Shown: positions 37,228 through 51,649, counted from the stretch's first letter. The stretch is 64,000 nucleotides of DNA from Lingula anatina (GCA_051362555.1 CM120643.1:4216001-4280000); one strand, 5' to 3'. A program made the numbers and translations. Notes: generated by a model not told the origin, from the letters alone.

Positions 37228-37612
37228 CTCGACTTGAACCTTAGGTTTTCAACTCCTAGCTCACCCTTTTCTACTTCTTAGTCTGTCGCCTTACCTACTG
37301 AGCCACCGTCTCAGTTCGCGTTTTTCCTCATTCGTATGATCCTCTTATAGTAGTTTGAATTGTTTATTTGGGTTTATTTTTGCAAAAGGTAATTTGCTGG
37401 GACCTAGAAGCGCCAGGAATCGAACTGGGGACCTTCTGTCTCAGAGGCAAGCGCGTTACCTACTCCTCTAAGTGTTCCCACCCACCCTCCCCGTAGACTT
37501 TCTTCTTATAGTAAGCAAATAAAATTTCTAATAGCACCCCTTTGTAATTCCAAAGTGCCCGAGCCAGGAATCGAACCCCAACCCCAGGCTTTCACTGAGC
37601 CATGTAGCCATC
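37228..37612 (-). other. Three tandem degenerate tRNA-like (A box/B box) modules
   Basis: B-box motifs GGTTCAAGTC (~37232), AGTTCGATTCC (~37416) and GGTTCGATTCC (~37566), each with an A-box-like segment. None forms an intact cloverleaf by eye. Confidence 0.6.
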
Positions 37613-37952
37613 AGTAAAAACACTAAGACATTTTGTATATTCAATAAGTGTTTTATTAAGAGCAATACAAATTGCTTTTATGTATTCAAATATTTATAAA
37701 ATATATACCTGTAAAATATCATCGTCTTCAGTCTTTTTATTACGACAAGTTAAAAAGCGTTCTAGTATTTAAAAGAATATTATGATATATAGTATAATAT
37801 TATGATGTCTGCATTTAAATTCACTTGCAGGTGTAAAAAATATAACATTCTTATATATTCGACTTGACAAATAAACTATTTACCACACTAATGGTCTTAT
37901 GTTTGTTCTTAATGACAAAAACAAAATATTTCAACTTCTTCAATAAAAAAAA

Positions 37953-38088
37953 CAATGGTGGATCTAGTCTCCGCCCTCCCCGAGGAGAGAGACCCATTCT
38001 GGACTCACATGATCAAGTCCTCAAAATACTCCATCTCGCTCCAAATGTCAACATCTGACCCCTTTAAAATGTCCTGGATCCGCCATTG
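37953..38088. mobile_element. hAT-like MITE
   Basis: TIRs CAATGGTGGATCTAG and CTGGATCCGCCATTG. Confidence 0.65.
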
Positions 38089-41000
38089 TTTTTTTTTCTA
38101 TATAATAATGACAATTATGAGATTTTTATTAAATGCTCTGTTTAAAATTGCACGCTTTTTTCAGTCAAACACTTATTGTTGGGAGCAAAAAACGGATACG
38201 CACTTTCGTTTTGTTTGGCAAAAAAAGTGTCAAAAGTCCTACATAAAAAAAAAAATATATATATATATACAACGTTTATACTAACAGCTATTGACAAACT
38301 GGAAAGACTAATGAACATTAGATAGTAAAGTGAATATGAAATAAATAGAAAAATTCCTTGCAAAAACTACTTACAGAACAAACTACATGTTCACTTATGA
38401 AATTTGGGCTAAAATCCATTTGGCAGATCACGATATTTCTCATATTTCCTATAGTCTACTACATCCATTTTCAATTAGAAAACAAACTACATTTACATGA
38501 AATCAGGCTTAAAATCCAAGGGACAGATAACGATTTTTCTCATATTTCCTACATCTATTTTCAATTCGAAAAAAAACCTTCTGAACATAAATTCGAATAA
38601 ATTCGAATATACATCAATAATTTCTGCTTCATCTGGTCGATAGAATGATGCTGTTAAGACAGAATTGCCGAAAACAGTTAAATTTGGAAAATAAAGCAAT
38701 TTTCATTCTCATAAATGTATTTGTTCAACAGATTAATGGCAGAAAACATATATTTCAGGATAAAACGTGTACATATTTTACATTGTAAGAACTACGTTCA
38801 GAGATAAGTAAAACACGAAAATAGTGTCTTTTCCATCATATGAGTGGTATTTACATGAACGAAATCAGCTTTTCAAGAAGGGATTTTTCTCAAATAGAAA
38901 TTAAATTTCTTAATTCTACATACTTCACCTGAGAAATAAAATAATCGATCTTGATTCGTAAAATGGCATCTCTTACTCAACAAGACAGCAAATACTCAAA
39001 TTTCAAGAGACGATAATCCTTTTTTTCCTTCTGAACATTGAAAGAAAGACACACAATGAGCGTAAGTCGTCTCATTTTTTATTTCAGTACATTTAGAGAA
39101 TGAGACTGAAGTTTACTAAAAACAGAAATTAAGAATTCGACACCGGACTTGTAGAATTTATAAATGGATTTGATAATGTGTTCATTGGTGATTTAGGTGA
39201 AATTGCTGAATATTACATAAAATTTGTGTATTTTAGCGTACTTTATTCTCATCCAAACTAGAAAGTCACCCCCTGCTGTCTTGCTGAAGAATACCACAAA
39301 TAGTACCATTTCGCAAATGTCACGTGTGACAAACTTAACACTACGATAGTATACAACATACTTCAATACAATAAAGCAAGTTTTTAACTGATGACCATGT
39401 TTTCTGATATATCATTACGTTTTAAATATGTTACATATAATTAGCAAATCACCTCAAATTCCTGATGCTATATTGATAAAAAAACAAAAAAACAAAAAAG
39501 ATTCCTGTGGACAAAGCGTTTTCAAACCCGTTCAGAACAGCATTTCGGGTCATCAGTTCGCCCCCTATGCATTGAATGGTTGATCTTATAACATGTCACG
39601 CAGAAATCAATACAACTACAATTTAGCTCACACATTTTATTGAAATGAAATGTTAAATCTTAATTTACGAATCTTGCCAATATTCGAAATGGAAGTGTAT
39701 TACTATATCCCCTTAATACTTGAATTATGTTCTTTACTTAGGAAATGGATGTTTGTTACTATACCTATGACATATTCTATAATTCCACTACCAACCGCTC
39801 ACTAAATATCAACATGTCAATTGCCAGACTCTCACAAGACATTTCACAGCATTTTCCCCTCCTTGGCCATTTCTCACGGTAAACTTCCACTGCCACTACT
39901 ATTTCTACCGACGAAGTTCAAAATACTGAACATGAAGTGCAACTGCATCTTCCTTTGTTTTATGAGACTTGATGAGATGAAGTGAAGGAGGAAATAAATG
40001 GTACGTGGGGAAAATGTTGGGAAATGATCAAAACCACTCTTAAGCTTTTCAAAAATAAATCACCAAATACCTAACATTGGTTTCTTAAAACGTTATATTG
40101 ATATGGCTGAAATTACGATATTCGTATACTTAATATCTAAGCCGCCTTCGCTCCACTTCCTGATCACTCAGCACTGAGGCAGTGACGTCTCCTTCCAGGC
40201 TGTCCATCCCATTACATTCATGGTAGGGGGAGGTGGCTGGCTGAAGTGACTGCCTTTTCTTTTCAACTCTCACCAATATTTTACGGATGGAACTTCATTT
40301 GTACTTTACTACATTAAAAATACATTGGACGACGTTTGTGTTCAGTATATTTTAAAAACTGTCAGACGAAAATTAACTTCAGATCCTTATCAACCCCAAA
40401 TTGAAACGACATTATGGCTTTCTTGATATGACTCAATAAGGTCCACTGATTTGAATATCTGAGCAGTTTTTGCTATGTTTGACCAAGTAGACCTTACGAT
40501 AGAGACTTCGGTGTTTTGATTCTGATGCTGTCTCAACCATGATTGTGACGGACTCCACAAAATATCACCTCATTGTGTTAGTGAAGACATAACGCGAGGC
40601 GGGGAGGGGGGATAAAAAGTTCATAAAGAAATTATCTAATAAGTCATTGGAAATGACAATATGATATTTTAGTTTAAATTAGATGTCGACGAACCATTCA
40701 ATAGAGAAAGTTGGATAAAAAGGAAATATGTTGAAATAAAACGGCACAAATATTATGGGGGAGGGTATGATGATGGTATAAAAGGTTTGGGAGAGTCGGG
40801 GGAAATTGAGTTTTGAGTGCGTTCGGGTGTTTACTGTTGTCCTTTAACTTAAACACACCAAGTTATACAAACTTTTACAGCTTTTGTCTCTAAAAAAATC
40901 TGTTCAGATTTATCTTTCCTACTTAGACCTATATAACTACCATATGTTTCAACTATAGTAGCCTAATTCACAAAGATTAACTTCGAATTCAAAGATGGCG

Positions 41001-44000
41001 TCTATTGAGAAAGAGCGCCATTACTAAAAACGCAGCACTAGAAAATTAACTGGCAAAGCGTCAACGCTACGAAAGGAACTAAAATTAAAATAAGTTCCAG
41101 CAAATGTAATGCTGTTGTTATGCTAAAAAATCATCGTGACGTTAGGCTATAAATTAGCGCTGATTTACTCTATCAAATTCTTCCTCTGAAATGTTGCCCC
41201 AATGAATAAAATTGAAGCTTACATACTCTTCTATCATGTCTTGAAATAGAAATTTAAAAAAATTAAAGGAGAAAGAAATTATCGGCATTTTTCATTGAAA
41301 TTAGCGTTTTTGCACACAACGTAATGGCACGTGAAAAAAACGACGTAAAATCCCTACGCAGTGTCGACAGAATTTACAAGAAGCAAAAGTTTGCTATTTT
41401 TGAACTACACAAAATGTCGGCGATTATCACATCAAGTATGTTTGCCGACTTGCAGGAAATGTTGCACATTTTCATATATGCACTAGGGCCTATTTGCGAT
41501 TATCCAGAATACATCAGAAAACATAAGACAGAAGTGCTAATGAATGAGATTTCGTGCTTTTGCTGAACTGTCCCTAATGGGCTAAACAAGAGTAGTGCAG
41601 ATTGCGGATTGAGGGACAGAATGATTTTTTTAATTTTTAATTTTTTTAATTAGAAAATGAATTTTTTTCGAAATGAGATATTTGGAACTTCACAAAGAAA
41701 TCTCAACAATATTTCACAAATGTTCCAGTAAGTTGATTGTCACCTCTACCTGAGGTGTGCAATAAGCTGAATCCCCGACGAGAGCCACACAATGGAGAAT
41801 GAAATACTGGAGCGCAAATATTAACTTGTTTTAATTATTGATTAAAACAGGCTGTTAGTATGACCAAGTTGTAAAACAGCCGATGAAATTCTTGAAACAT
41901 TGAAAGACTTGAATTGGAATATAATAAAGTTTTAAATTGCCGGTTTTATTTTTCTATATCATTTTGTATAGTCAAACTATTTTCTTAGCAAACTGCTAAC
42001 AACTCATTTCTAACCGAGGCGTTACTTTCCAAAATAATCTTTTTATGTGTGTGTGTGTGTGTGTGTATGTGTGTGTGTGTGTGTGTGTGTGTAGGGGTGG
42101 GGGACGTAGGGCATGCGTGGGAATCTCCCTCTCTGGCAATTGTCAATGATGACAGGTATGTAATTGTCCGGGAGCATAGAGGAAGTTGAGTTACAACAGG
42201 GTTAATGCTAATGTATTTGACCTCAGAAACTTTCTCAACATGATTGTGACGTTGTCCATGAATTTCATCATATTGTGCAGGCAATTTCAAAGGGGGGGTT
42301 CTTTTTCTGAAAAAGTGGACCTTTTACCATATAATCCCCATGTACATAGGTCAAATTTTTTTAGATACTCAAAACTTTTTATACTGAATGCACATATTTC
42401 AAGAGTGTCCAAATGTCATGAATTTCATTTATATGAAAAAAGAGTACCATGTAACAGTGGTAACCGTACTTGAGGCCCTGCAGGCGATACATTTTCTGGG
42501 AATTCACGTCGAGACGTTGTCTAGGATCGAGAAGCCGAAACAAGTGAAGCTAATTATTTGTAAATTATTACCTGTTTATAATAACACGCTTTATATTAAT
42601 GATCATGGGTCTATTTGATCAATACTTTTATCAAGCTTTATTATTTTCTCTCGTAGCGACTAAAATCATAAATCTAGACTCTTGAACGACAGAATATTTA
42701 TGTATATCCGATTACAAATTATTTTTGCAAGAAAGTGTTAAGACGGACTCCAGCAAGCTGTAGTTATAACAACTACGGAAAGCAGAGCGTCAGGAGAGAC
42801 GACACATTCCATTCGAAGGAAAGGGGGACATGGGATAACCTTTGCCAAATGTGGTCCGATAAAGTTGACATTTATCCTTGGCCTGTATTTTAATACTCAT
42901 GCTAAAAAGTGATTCTGTAAATTTCAGTATGATAGGTCACGGGGTTTTCCTTTTATTGCGTTAACAAATCTTAAATTACAATGTATAACAGAAAAGTAAA
43001 AAAAAAAAAAAAAAAAAAAAAGCGGGATAATTTAAGGAAAAAAAAGACCCAATATATCTGCCATTTAAACGTGGACTGTATTTATCATAATATGAATTAC
43101 TCCAGTAAGTTTGAGTATTACAAAAAAAAAAAAGCCACACTTTTATCAATTTATTGCTATAACAGTGAAATATGCAGGGCGACGACGACGGACGCAGGCG
43201 ATAGCTTTACTTCTACAGCTATATCCACACATACATGTATACAAAGCATGCAACTTTTGGTAGGCCCCAGTTAAATAAAGTTTTTATAACCGACTTAGTC
43301 CTTAGTACTTTTATTTGCAGTAACATTTACTTCTGTTGGAGGATATCTTCTTTTTGTCTTATCGCTGATAAAAAAAATTGTCTTACTTGAAAGCTTTTAA
43401 GCTTTTAAAAATCAAATATTGAAAGATCGCTCAACATGAGATCTTTTCTAATTGCCCTTGTTTTTGTTTTTTTTCTTTTCTTTTAATGTAAAATTTGAAA
43501 TTTTCCTTGGTGGTATGGTGTACGTTACATTTAGTTCAATTTTGCTGAAAGGTTATAACAGGAAACTTAATGAGCTTTGTAGATTTACAGTGTATGATTG
43601 ACATGTTTATATTTAGTACAGTGATGATTGATGGACAGGTGGGTCAGAAGACCACGTGACAACAGACTGTGCGTGCGGTGCGATTTAAACGGAGGAATAT
43701 GTAGTCTGTGACTGCATACATACGACTGAGTGCCCAGATCAGTTTCGTTCAATACACTTTACAAATTTGAAGAAAGTTTTCGCTAGTCCTCGAAATGACA
43801 TTCTAATGTTTACTACTTAATGAAACTACATTTTGAATTGAAAGACAATGTAAAACAGAGCACATTTGGAGTATTTTCTATAAATGACGACAAAATCTTT
43901 GCCAGTAGAGCACGTGTCATGTTGTTTGTAGCAGTAGATTTGCTAACTTCTGCAGTTTTCAGATAAATATGAATTGTATATAATTTGTAAACAGAAAATA

Positions 44001-45245
44001 AACGGCGTTCACATCTTTGGGTTACGTTTATACTGGGACACCCTGTATTTCAATTTGTATCAACCGAATACAATTTTAACTTCGGGTTCTGCGAGATAAG
44101 AGAGTAAAAAAATCTTCCTTTTAAAGGAAAAAAAATTGAATTAAAAAAAAAAAGAGTGTCCTTGCAAACACGTGTAGATTGTAACTGTGGCATTTTGTCT
44201 GACATAAACATACAAATGTGGATTTTTTTTGTTATATTAATTGCAATAAATGAGAATTATTTTGTTTTCTACTAGAATATTTTTGTGTCCTACCTACTGT
44301 ATATGTATCACTACATATTTAAGATACTGTATCCAAACACCCAGTTAACCCCGGCCTTAAAGAGACAAATTCCATTCCTGTACAAAACAGCGCGATGATA
44401 AATGTAGTTAAATATTCATGTATGTATGTATGTATGTGTATGGAAGAGCATGTCTGGAAGATCATAAACCAAATCATTTATTATACCAAAAGTTATAGAA
44501 TATTCGCATTCCCCAAGACACCCTCAGAATTTTTATATTCTAAAACTTGTTTGAGCAAAGACTTTTATCCCATGGACTCCCAAGAATTTAAATTTATAAA
44601 CGTCAATACTTTAAACTTTATACTGATTTATCTTATGTTCTAATAATTGAATTCTTATTTTATGTTATTGAACTATTTTAAAGAGCAGATTGATTTCATA
44701 ATTTATTCAGTTAAATCTTCTTTATGTTGTTAGTAGATAATGTCATAATGTGTTTTAGTTACTTTTATCACTCTTCTATAGTCCATGTAAAATCTAACTT
44801 ATATTTGCAAGAATAAATATCATAATTATAACATTATGCTGGCCTGTGAGTGGCCAATCTCGTCTGTTGTCGGTGCCATGTTATATGTGAGCTTAGATAC
44901 GTATTTTGTTTTATATGTCTTAAATAAATGTATTTTGAAGCCACAACCACTTTATGTGAGATTATCAATAATTGCTAACTGTACATATTAATTAAAGGAT
45001 TCGAGAAAAGGACAGCGAAAGGATGGTAAATTGAAAAAATATTTGAACGCGCTAGGTAGCTGGATGTGACGTGGTCGCAGGGATCAGCCCCCCCCCCCCC
45101 CCCCCAGGGACAATCCTCCACGTCGGGGTATTACCCCCTGGACAACCGACCCCCGGACAATTCCCCCTGTAATTAATATAATACTGAGAATAAACAATGT
45201 GACACTAAGAAAAATTATAAATGCCTCCCTTAGATCAAAATATTC

Positions 45246-45437
45246 ACCAGGTAGAGATAGGGATAACAGATAATCTCATTTATCCAGGAATCCCTTTGAT
45301 GAACGTACTGTCACTCTTTGTTGTTTTAACCTCCCCCCTCCCCCCGTTAATCATGTTGTTAGCCTTAATGAAGGCACATCTCCAGGTAGAAGTGGGGTAA
45401 ACAGATAATCTCATTTATCCAGGAATCCCTTTGATGA
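45246..45437. repeat. Local direct duplication (two ~55-bp blocks about 138 bp apart)
   Basis: AACAGATAATCTCATTTATCCAGGAATCCCTTTGATGA occurs twice. Confidence 0.8.
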
Positions 45438-45899
45438 GCTGTCAGTTTTAATTGTTTCTTCACTATCCCCTAAAATCTCCACTGACAAATTATTTTTTAA
45501 AAAGAGACATTTTTTGTCAATCAATAATGCCTTTAAAAAATTACTTTGTACCAGAGCCAGCTGAGTGATGACATCAATTTGATATACTTTCTAGCATAGG
45601 CCAGCTAAGAGAATATTAAAAAAAAAAAAAAAAAAAAAATTCAGAAAAAAAAACAGGGAATGACTTTGAATGTTGGGATGTGTTCATTGACCATTAGTAA
45701 GACTTGAAAATTTGTTGTTTACCCCAGTAAATTCATTTTTTGGCCAAAATGAACAGTTATTATCCCTCTAAGTTTTTAAAAGAACCCGTGCCCTTAATTA
45801 TAGCCAGAGCAGATGCTTGAGAAAAGGTAACATGATATAAAAAATACAGGTTTTGGCTGTTCACGTGAAAATTGCGTTGAAAGGGGTGTTTATTCTCTA

Positions 45900-46072
45900 G
45901 TATGAGGTTCCGCTTTTTATGTCATTTTTTCCTCGTAGCCTGAAATGCCGTTTTCCGCCATCTTGTGACCTGGCCTGCCGTTTCTACAAATGCGAGCTTG
46001 CCTCAACTGCCTCGTGGTCGAGGTGGAGGCCATGGACGTGTTCAGTACTGGGAACATTTTAATCATGTAATC
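45900..46072 (+). promoter_or_regulatory. Likely promoter/5' UTR of the FASTK-family gene
   Basis: CpG-rich, with a YY1-type motif CCGCCATCTT at ~45955 just upstream of the ATG. Confidence 0.45.
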
Positions 46073-48014
46073 ATGTTTTATTCGGCACTGAGATATGTCT
46101 ACCGAAGTTGTAGTCGACACAGTTTTGTTGGTAGAATAACTCAGTGTTTGGCACAACCCTCACAATGCCACCAATCACAGCGATTTACATGTGCCGTCTC
46201 TCAACTACGAAGGCGAAGCCCTGACAAGATATGGGGTTGGTCGTTGGGGAGAGTTACCACTGGGACTGAGCTGTCATACTCTACTACAAAAACAATCAAT
46301 GAATATGAGGGCATCATCAGAGACACAAAAATGCATTTTGAAAGAAACGCGAAGAGGTACCTCATTCAAGATGGTAGGAGCGAAGGGGAGATTATTAGTG
46401 ATTACGAGAACGGAGCTCATGAAGCTGAAAAGGACCTTGACGGAGTTCTACGGTATATATATGCAGTCGTTAGTCTTAAATGTTTGAGGGATTCGCCAAG
46501 ATATCAAAACACTCATCTTCTACAAGATGACAGGATATCATCAGCCCTGCTAACCATCCTCAACAAAGGTTTGATGGAGGGAAGTGTTCCACGTCTGTTA
46601 ATCGGATTGTTGGTAGTTGGGGTTTTAATTCAGCCATCTCCAGAAATCCTTCAGTTTTATAAGGAACTGGAGAGACACATGTCACAGGTATGGTCCGAAT
46701 GGCATGTTGAGTCTAGGATAGAGGCCAGATACGGATGGTTACATCTGTCTTTACTACACAAGCAGAAATACTTCGAAGAGCAGATAAGGATTTTCTTGAA
46801 GCACTTGATGAGTGAGGCAGAGCTAGAGAGGAAAGAACTTGGAGGCAAAGAAACTCACTGGCTTGTTAGTGTTCTACACTCTGCAACATACTATTCTTGT
46901 GAACTGGGAGGAAAATGGGTGGATGAAAATGATGTAAGACATTTTTTACAGGAGCTGAAATTCAACAGTGAATTCTCTGAGCCGAGAGAAGTGTACAGGT
47001 ATGTCCAACTCTGTCATAATGTTGAATATTTGGTGCCCTCTGACATTTTATGGAAGGGGTTGGAGATTCTGCTTCGTGATGGAACTGAAGAATACAAGAT
47101 ACGTGCATTTCTGTGCATTAAGTGGATGTTGGGCTTAGCCCAAAAGCAGAAGTTGAATAAAGGTTTCATGGATGTACAATATGTTACAGAACTTGCTGAG
47201 ATATTTAAGAAGCACGCATCCTTGTTGCCATTGAGACATCAAATTGGTATTACATGGGAATTAAGTGTAATGAATTATTCAGATCATGAAATGCTGTTGA
47301 AAGTAGTTGAGAACTTTGTGGCTAATGCACAAGATATCCATGGGGACGGTGGTTATAGATTAGTTCATGCTTACCTACTAATAGATTGCAATACAAATAT
47401 TGCTTTTTTAAAAAAAGTGGTTGATTTAGTGCAAAACCAAGGGAGAAATATCCCCCCTTTCAAATTGCTTTCCATTACTTGTGATTTGATGTGCCGTCAT
47501 GGCTATTATGAAGTCTTCAGTGGAATACTTGATAGTTGTTTCCAGTCTGGTCTGATGAAGGAGGAATCATTAAATGTCATGAAGCCAAAAGGGAATGCAT
47601 GTTTAAGGATTGTGGAGTTGTGTGGAAGGTTAGAAATAGAGCAAATTGACAAGTATGTTAAGAAGATTCCACCAAGTCTTTACAAAGCAGATGGTATTCA
47701 ATACTGTGCAGAGAAATTGAAAAATAAATGTCAGCATTCCTCAAAGAAGGCTGTTTTAGCAGCTGTACAGATAATTCTTGGTGGTCCCCACATGGCAAGA
47801 GTCATCCCAGTACTTCCTATATATCAACCTATTGTGGAGTTCTGTTTGAATGAATTGAATGAGCCTGTAGACATGAAGCTGGTGCCCAGGGTCTTTGATG
47901 AAAATGGATTCCTCAAAATGGAAAACATGTCTGCCTTGCCAGAAAGATGGAGAAGAATAGCAGTGTGGATTCTTCATGATAAAGATTTCTTTATCAACAA
48001 GCCAATGTTAACTG
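46073..48014 (+). CDS. FASTK-family (FAST kinase domain/RAP domain) mitochondrial RNA-binding protein, large coding exon 1
   Basis: A 647-codon open frame from ATG 46073. The N-terminus is Arg/Ser-rich and acid-free (transit-peptide-like) and the body is Leu-rich and helical. The C-terminal LGG..VLP..IVEFCLNELNEPV...RRIAVWILHDKDFFINKPMLTG matches FAST_2/RAP architecture. Donor G|GTGAGT at 48014/48015. Confidence 0.82.
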
Positions 48015-48339
48015 GTGAGTTAAAAATATGGTTGTTGTATGTAGAGATAGCTTTAGTAAGCCCACCCTGCTGCCATGAGCAGCTTTGGGTTTTAACTAAC
48101 ACAAGCTTGACTTTGGTGTATTGAGCCTATTTCTTCTATATACTTGCTGGTTACCCACTGAGGACCAGCTTATATAGCCATAACAACAATGGGGTACTGA
48201 GAATAACAAAAGGGTACAAAGGACAACAATGATGTATCAGTAGAGAGTAATGTAGACAACTGACGCTTGTATAGTACACTTCTCATATTAATTCAACATA
48301 TGTAAGTATCAAACTGTGCACCTGCCTTGTTGATTTCAA

Positions 48340-51300
48340 CTAAGATCTAATAAACAGAAAGATTGGACAGCGGCATTTTCCCTTTGACCAGACGTTCGTA
48401 CGGGTAAACATTGCTCTATTGTTCCCCTTAAGTTGTTTTGATAGCCGGGCTTAATTTTAATCCCCATTGTACCTAACCCGTGTTTAGCGAATAGCGTGAT
48501 TTCTCGTGCATTCTCGCGGACGCCACATCGTCGTCAAGTAGATCCGCCATATTGGATAAGCAATGGCACACGTGGAGTTTTTTTATTAAAAAGTTCTAAA
48601 GATGTACAGTTTGTTTACATTTCGTAGTTGTCTTAATACTTTATATTCAGAGGAGGCAATACCCAATAGCGCACTACCTGTAACAACAGCTGCCATTTTA
48701 TAGAAATTGACTCAACTTGGAGATATAGCCGGAAACGTGACGAGATCATCAACGTAACAGATAGTGATATTCGATGCCGTTTTGGACAATAAGGTCATGC
48801 TAATCACTGGGAGAAACTGAATGGTGAAGCTACACCAAAACAGAAACTTGATCTATTATGCCTGTTTGTAAAACTTCGTCACTATTAGCGGTCATTCTTT
48901 TAGAGCATAATCACTTCAAATTCACCAGAATATTCGTAGCAAATCGGTGAAACAAAAAGGACTGAAAAAAAATCCTTTAAGAAAAAGTAGTTTTTAATTT
49001 CACTTTCACAAACACTAATTTGGGTACCTACTTCATAATGATAGTGAAAGGTAAGACATATCTTTATACTGACAATCAAATAAAAGTAAACTCGTTTTTT
49101 CATATTTTTAGAACACATGCAATATAGTTTCCTTGCGACTTCATAATCATGCACATATTTTTAAACTCTGCAAAATCTGTTTTGAAACATATGCCTTTTG
49201 AACATCTTCCACAGAATGTATTGGAAGAATAATATGTGTAACAATTTTGTTTTCCATCTCACTAAAAATGACTAAATAAAAGAGGACTGCTAAAAATTAT
49301 CAATATTTCATCAGATTTAGCATTTAAAACTGATCATTCATTTCCGGCTGATAAAGTAACATAATACAAGTCATATTCTGTTCATAAGCATTTTATTATA
49401 GATTTAATAAGGCACAGATATTGAAATGCAAATAAAAATGTTAACACCTTTAGATACCACTGACTGTTACACAATCACAACAGATAGGTAATTTATTTAG
49501 GAGTACTAGTTTCACATGACAAAGAATTATAGCATTTTCCCCCTATTTTGACTTGTTTCAACATTAATATCTCATTCAATAAAAATTATGCACGTGATGA
49601 TAATATTTATCTATTGTTAAGAGCACTACTGACTAATTCCAACCTAGACTTGACTTCAGAGTTTACAGAAGGGAGACAATTTATAGTGATATATTTGTTT
49701 TTCATGAAGAACAACATATGGCTAGTTTCATGGTGGTTCATTTGCTGAAATATCAATGTGCCTGTCAGGTTCTTGAGTAGCACCGAGTTAACTAGACAGA
49801 GGTACGTCGTCATCAGAATCACTTCCATTGCAACATATATCTGAAAAAAAAAATTATCACACAGTTAAAAAGATGCTGACGTGTTAATTGCTCATGTTAT
49901 GTTAAAGTCCACTGTACGGACAACACTGACCTAGCTTTTCCTGCACTTGTAAAACTATCGAGCAAAAATTAAATATTTAATTTCGGGCAGCTTACCATTT
50001 TGCTTATTTAATACACCTGTGTGTCTTTTTGATTGTTTACAATCACTTTGCAAACTTGACAGTGGTGCATCTAAATCATCTGCAACACTTGCATTATGAC
50101 ATTCACCCGAAATAATAAAATAATATTTTACTGTCAAAAAGGTTCTGACATGTGCTAGTCTCTTATTATTTGTCATTTGTATAATTCCACTCAATCCACT
50201 GTGGTGATTGCACCTGCCTTTTTGTATCCGATACTGGTAAAAATGTTGGTACAGTGGAAATCCGATACTTGTAATAATGTTGTCGGTACAGTGGAAATAT
50301 CTCACTGAGCATGACACACAAGGGACAGATTGATAGTGCCCATGTATGTAAGACATTTTACTTTCAACTCCATAAACTAAAAAGTTCTAGTTATAGACCA
50401 GAAAGCTTACCTTTTGATTTTGCTGCCAGATTTTGCTCTTTATTTTTTCTCCTGCGGGCCTTGACCCATTTTAATGGCATCTGAAAACAAAAAATAAAAA
50501 TAAGGATGTGAGGCACATTTTCACGCAATCTTCTCATTACTTAGGTATAAATCCTGGATAAAAATATCACCAGTTGTAGTCCCCGCCATCTTGTTTTATT
50601 GTCATCTTTACCGATAAATATTTCTAAGAAAAAAACTAAATTTGAGCTAAGTTTGACCCTACGACCTTCCACTACTTTTTTAGATGAACACAGGTTAACT
50701 GCCAATGCATAGTACAGATCTAATTTCGTGTTCGGTTGTGCATTTGAAGCCCATCGATAACAAAAGTCGCCGCCATCTTGTTTTATTGTCATTTTTACCG
50801 TTAAATATTCCTAAGAAAAAAAGCTTAAGTTTAGCTAAGTTTGACCCTACGACCTTCTACTACTTTTTTAGATGAACACAGTTTAACTGCCAATGCATAG
50901 TACAGATCTTATTTCGTGTTCGGCTGTGCATTTGAAGCCCATCGATAACAAAAGTCGCCGCCATCTTGTGTTATTGTCATTTTTACCGTTAAATATTCCT
51001 AAGAAAAAAAGCTAAATTTTAGCTAAGTTTGACCCTACGACCTTCCACTACTTTTTTAGATGGACACAGTTAACTGCCAACGCATTGTATAGATCCACTT
51101 TCGTGTTCGGCTGTGCATTTTAACCCCGGCGATTATGATCAGCACCGCCATTTTGCTTTATTGCCCGAAGTATTGTTTAAATTTTCATAGAAAACTAAGC
51201 TACTATAAATTAAATTATCAACCAATAAAACGACAGTGTTATTCAGTCATCAGTAATATAAAAACCAACGTACATAAAGTTAAACTCCCCGTGTTAGACC

Positions 51301-51649
51301 TTAGGTAACAAAGCATTCAAACTCGCTTGTCTGTCGCCATATTGCTAATTTGAATGCAACAACGGATTGAAGGCAAATTTTCACGATAATATCTGCTCCA
51401 AAATATTGCATATTTTACACACAAGTGAACCCTGTTAGTTTTCCCTTCTGCACATACATTCTCAGAGAAACTACAAGACTAAAAGAGGTAATTTACCTAC
51501 CTTGAAATCGCCCACATGCAACAGAGCTCTACCTGCGCACGATCACAACGCGACTGACTACTTCCGCCGTACGAACGTCTTTCCACAGTTAATCGGATTA
51601 CCCTTTGAAGAATTGCCGAGTGTCCAATCTTTGGTATATTAGATCTTAG
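48340..51649. mobile_element. 3.3-kb intronic DNA transposon with bipartite TIRs and 7-bp TSD (P-element-like or other superfamily, unresolved)
   Basis: Outer TIR CTAAGATCTAATA..AAAGATTGGACA / TGTCCAATCTTT..TATTAGATCTTAG, inner perfect IR AGACGTTCGTACGG (48390) / CCGTACGAACGTCT (51567-51580), and ATTTCAA on both flanks. Confidence 0.85.
50584..51165. repeat. ~188-bp tandem repeat, 3+ copies, inside the intronic transposon
   Basis: CGCCAT(C/T)TTG starts at ~50584, 50771, 50959 and 51146. The internal AGCTAAGTTTGACCCTACGACCTTC is conserved. Confidence 0.92.

Noticed and set aside
37228-37612. Functional tRNA genes
   Set aside because: Acceptor and anticodon stems are incomplete or deleted; only promoter boxes remain.
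40940-41580. Possible Kolobok-like non-autonomous element
   Set aside because: Only one plausible terminus (GAACTGTCCCT) was found, with no matching TIR or TTAA TSD.
45965-46072. N-terminal extension of the 719-aa ORF from a GTG start, and read-through to 48124
   Set aside because: The first in-frame ATG at 46073 begins a transit-peptide-like sequence, and the strong donor at 48015 makes 48015-48124 intronic.
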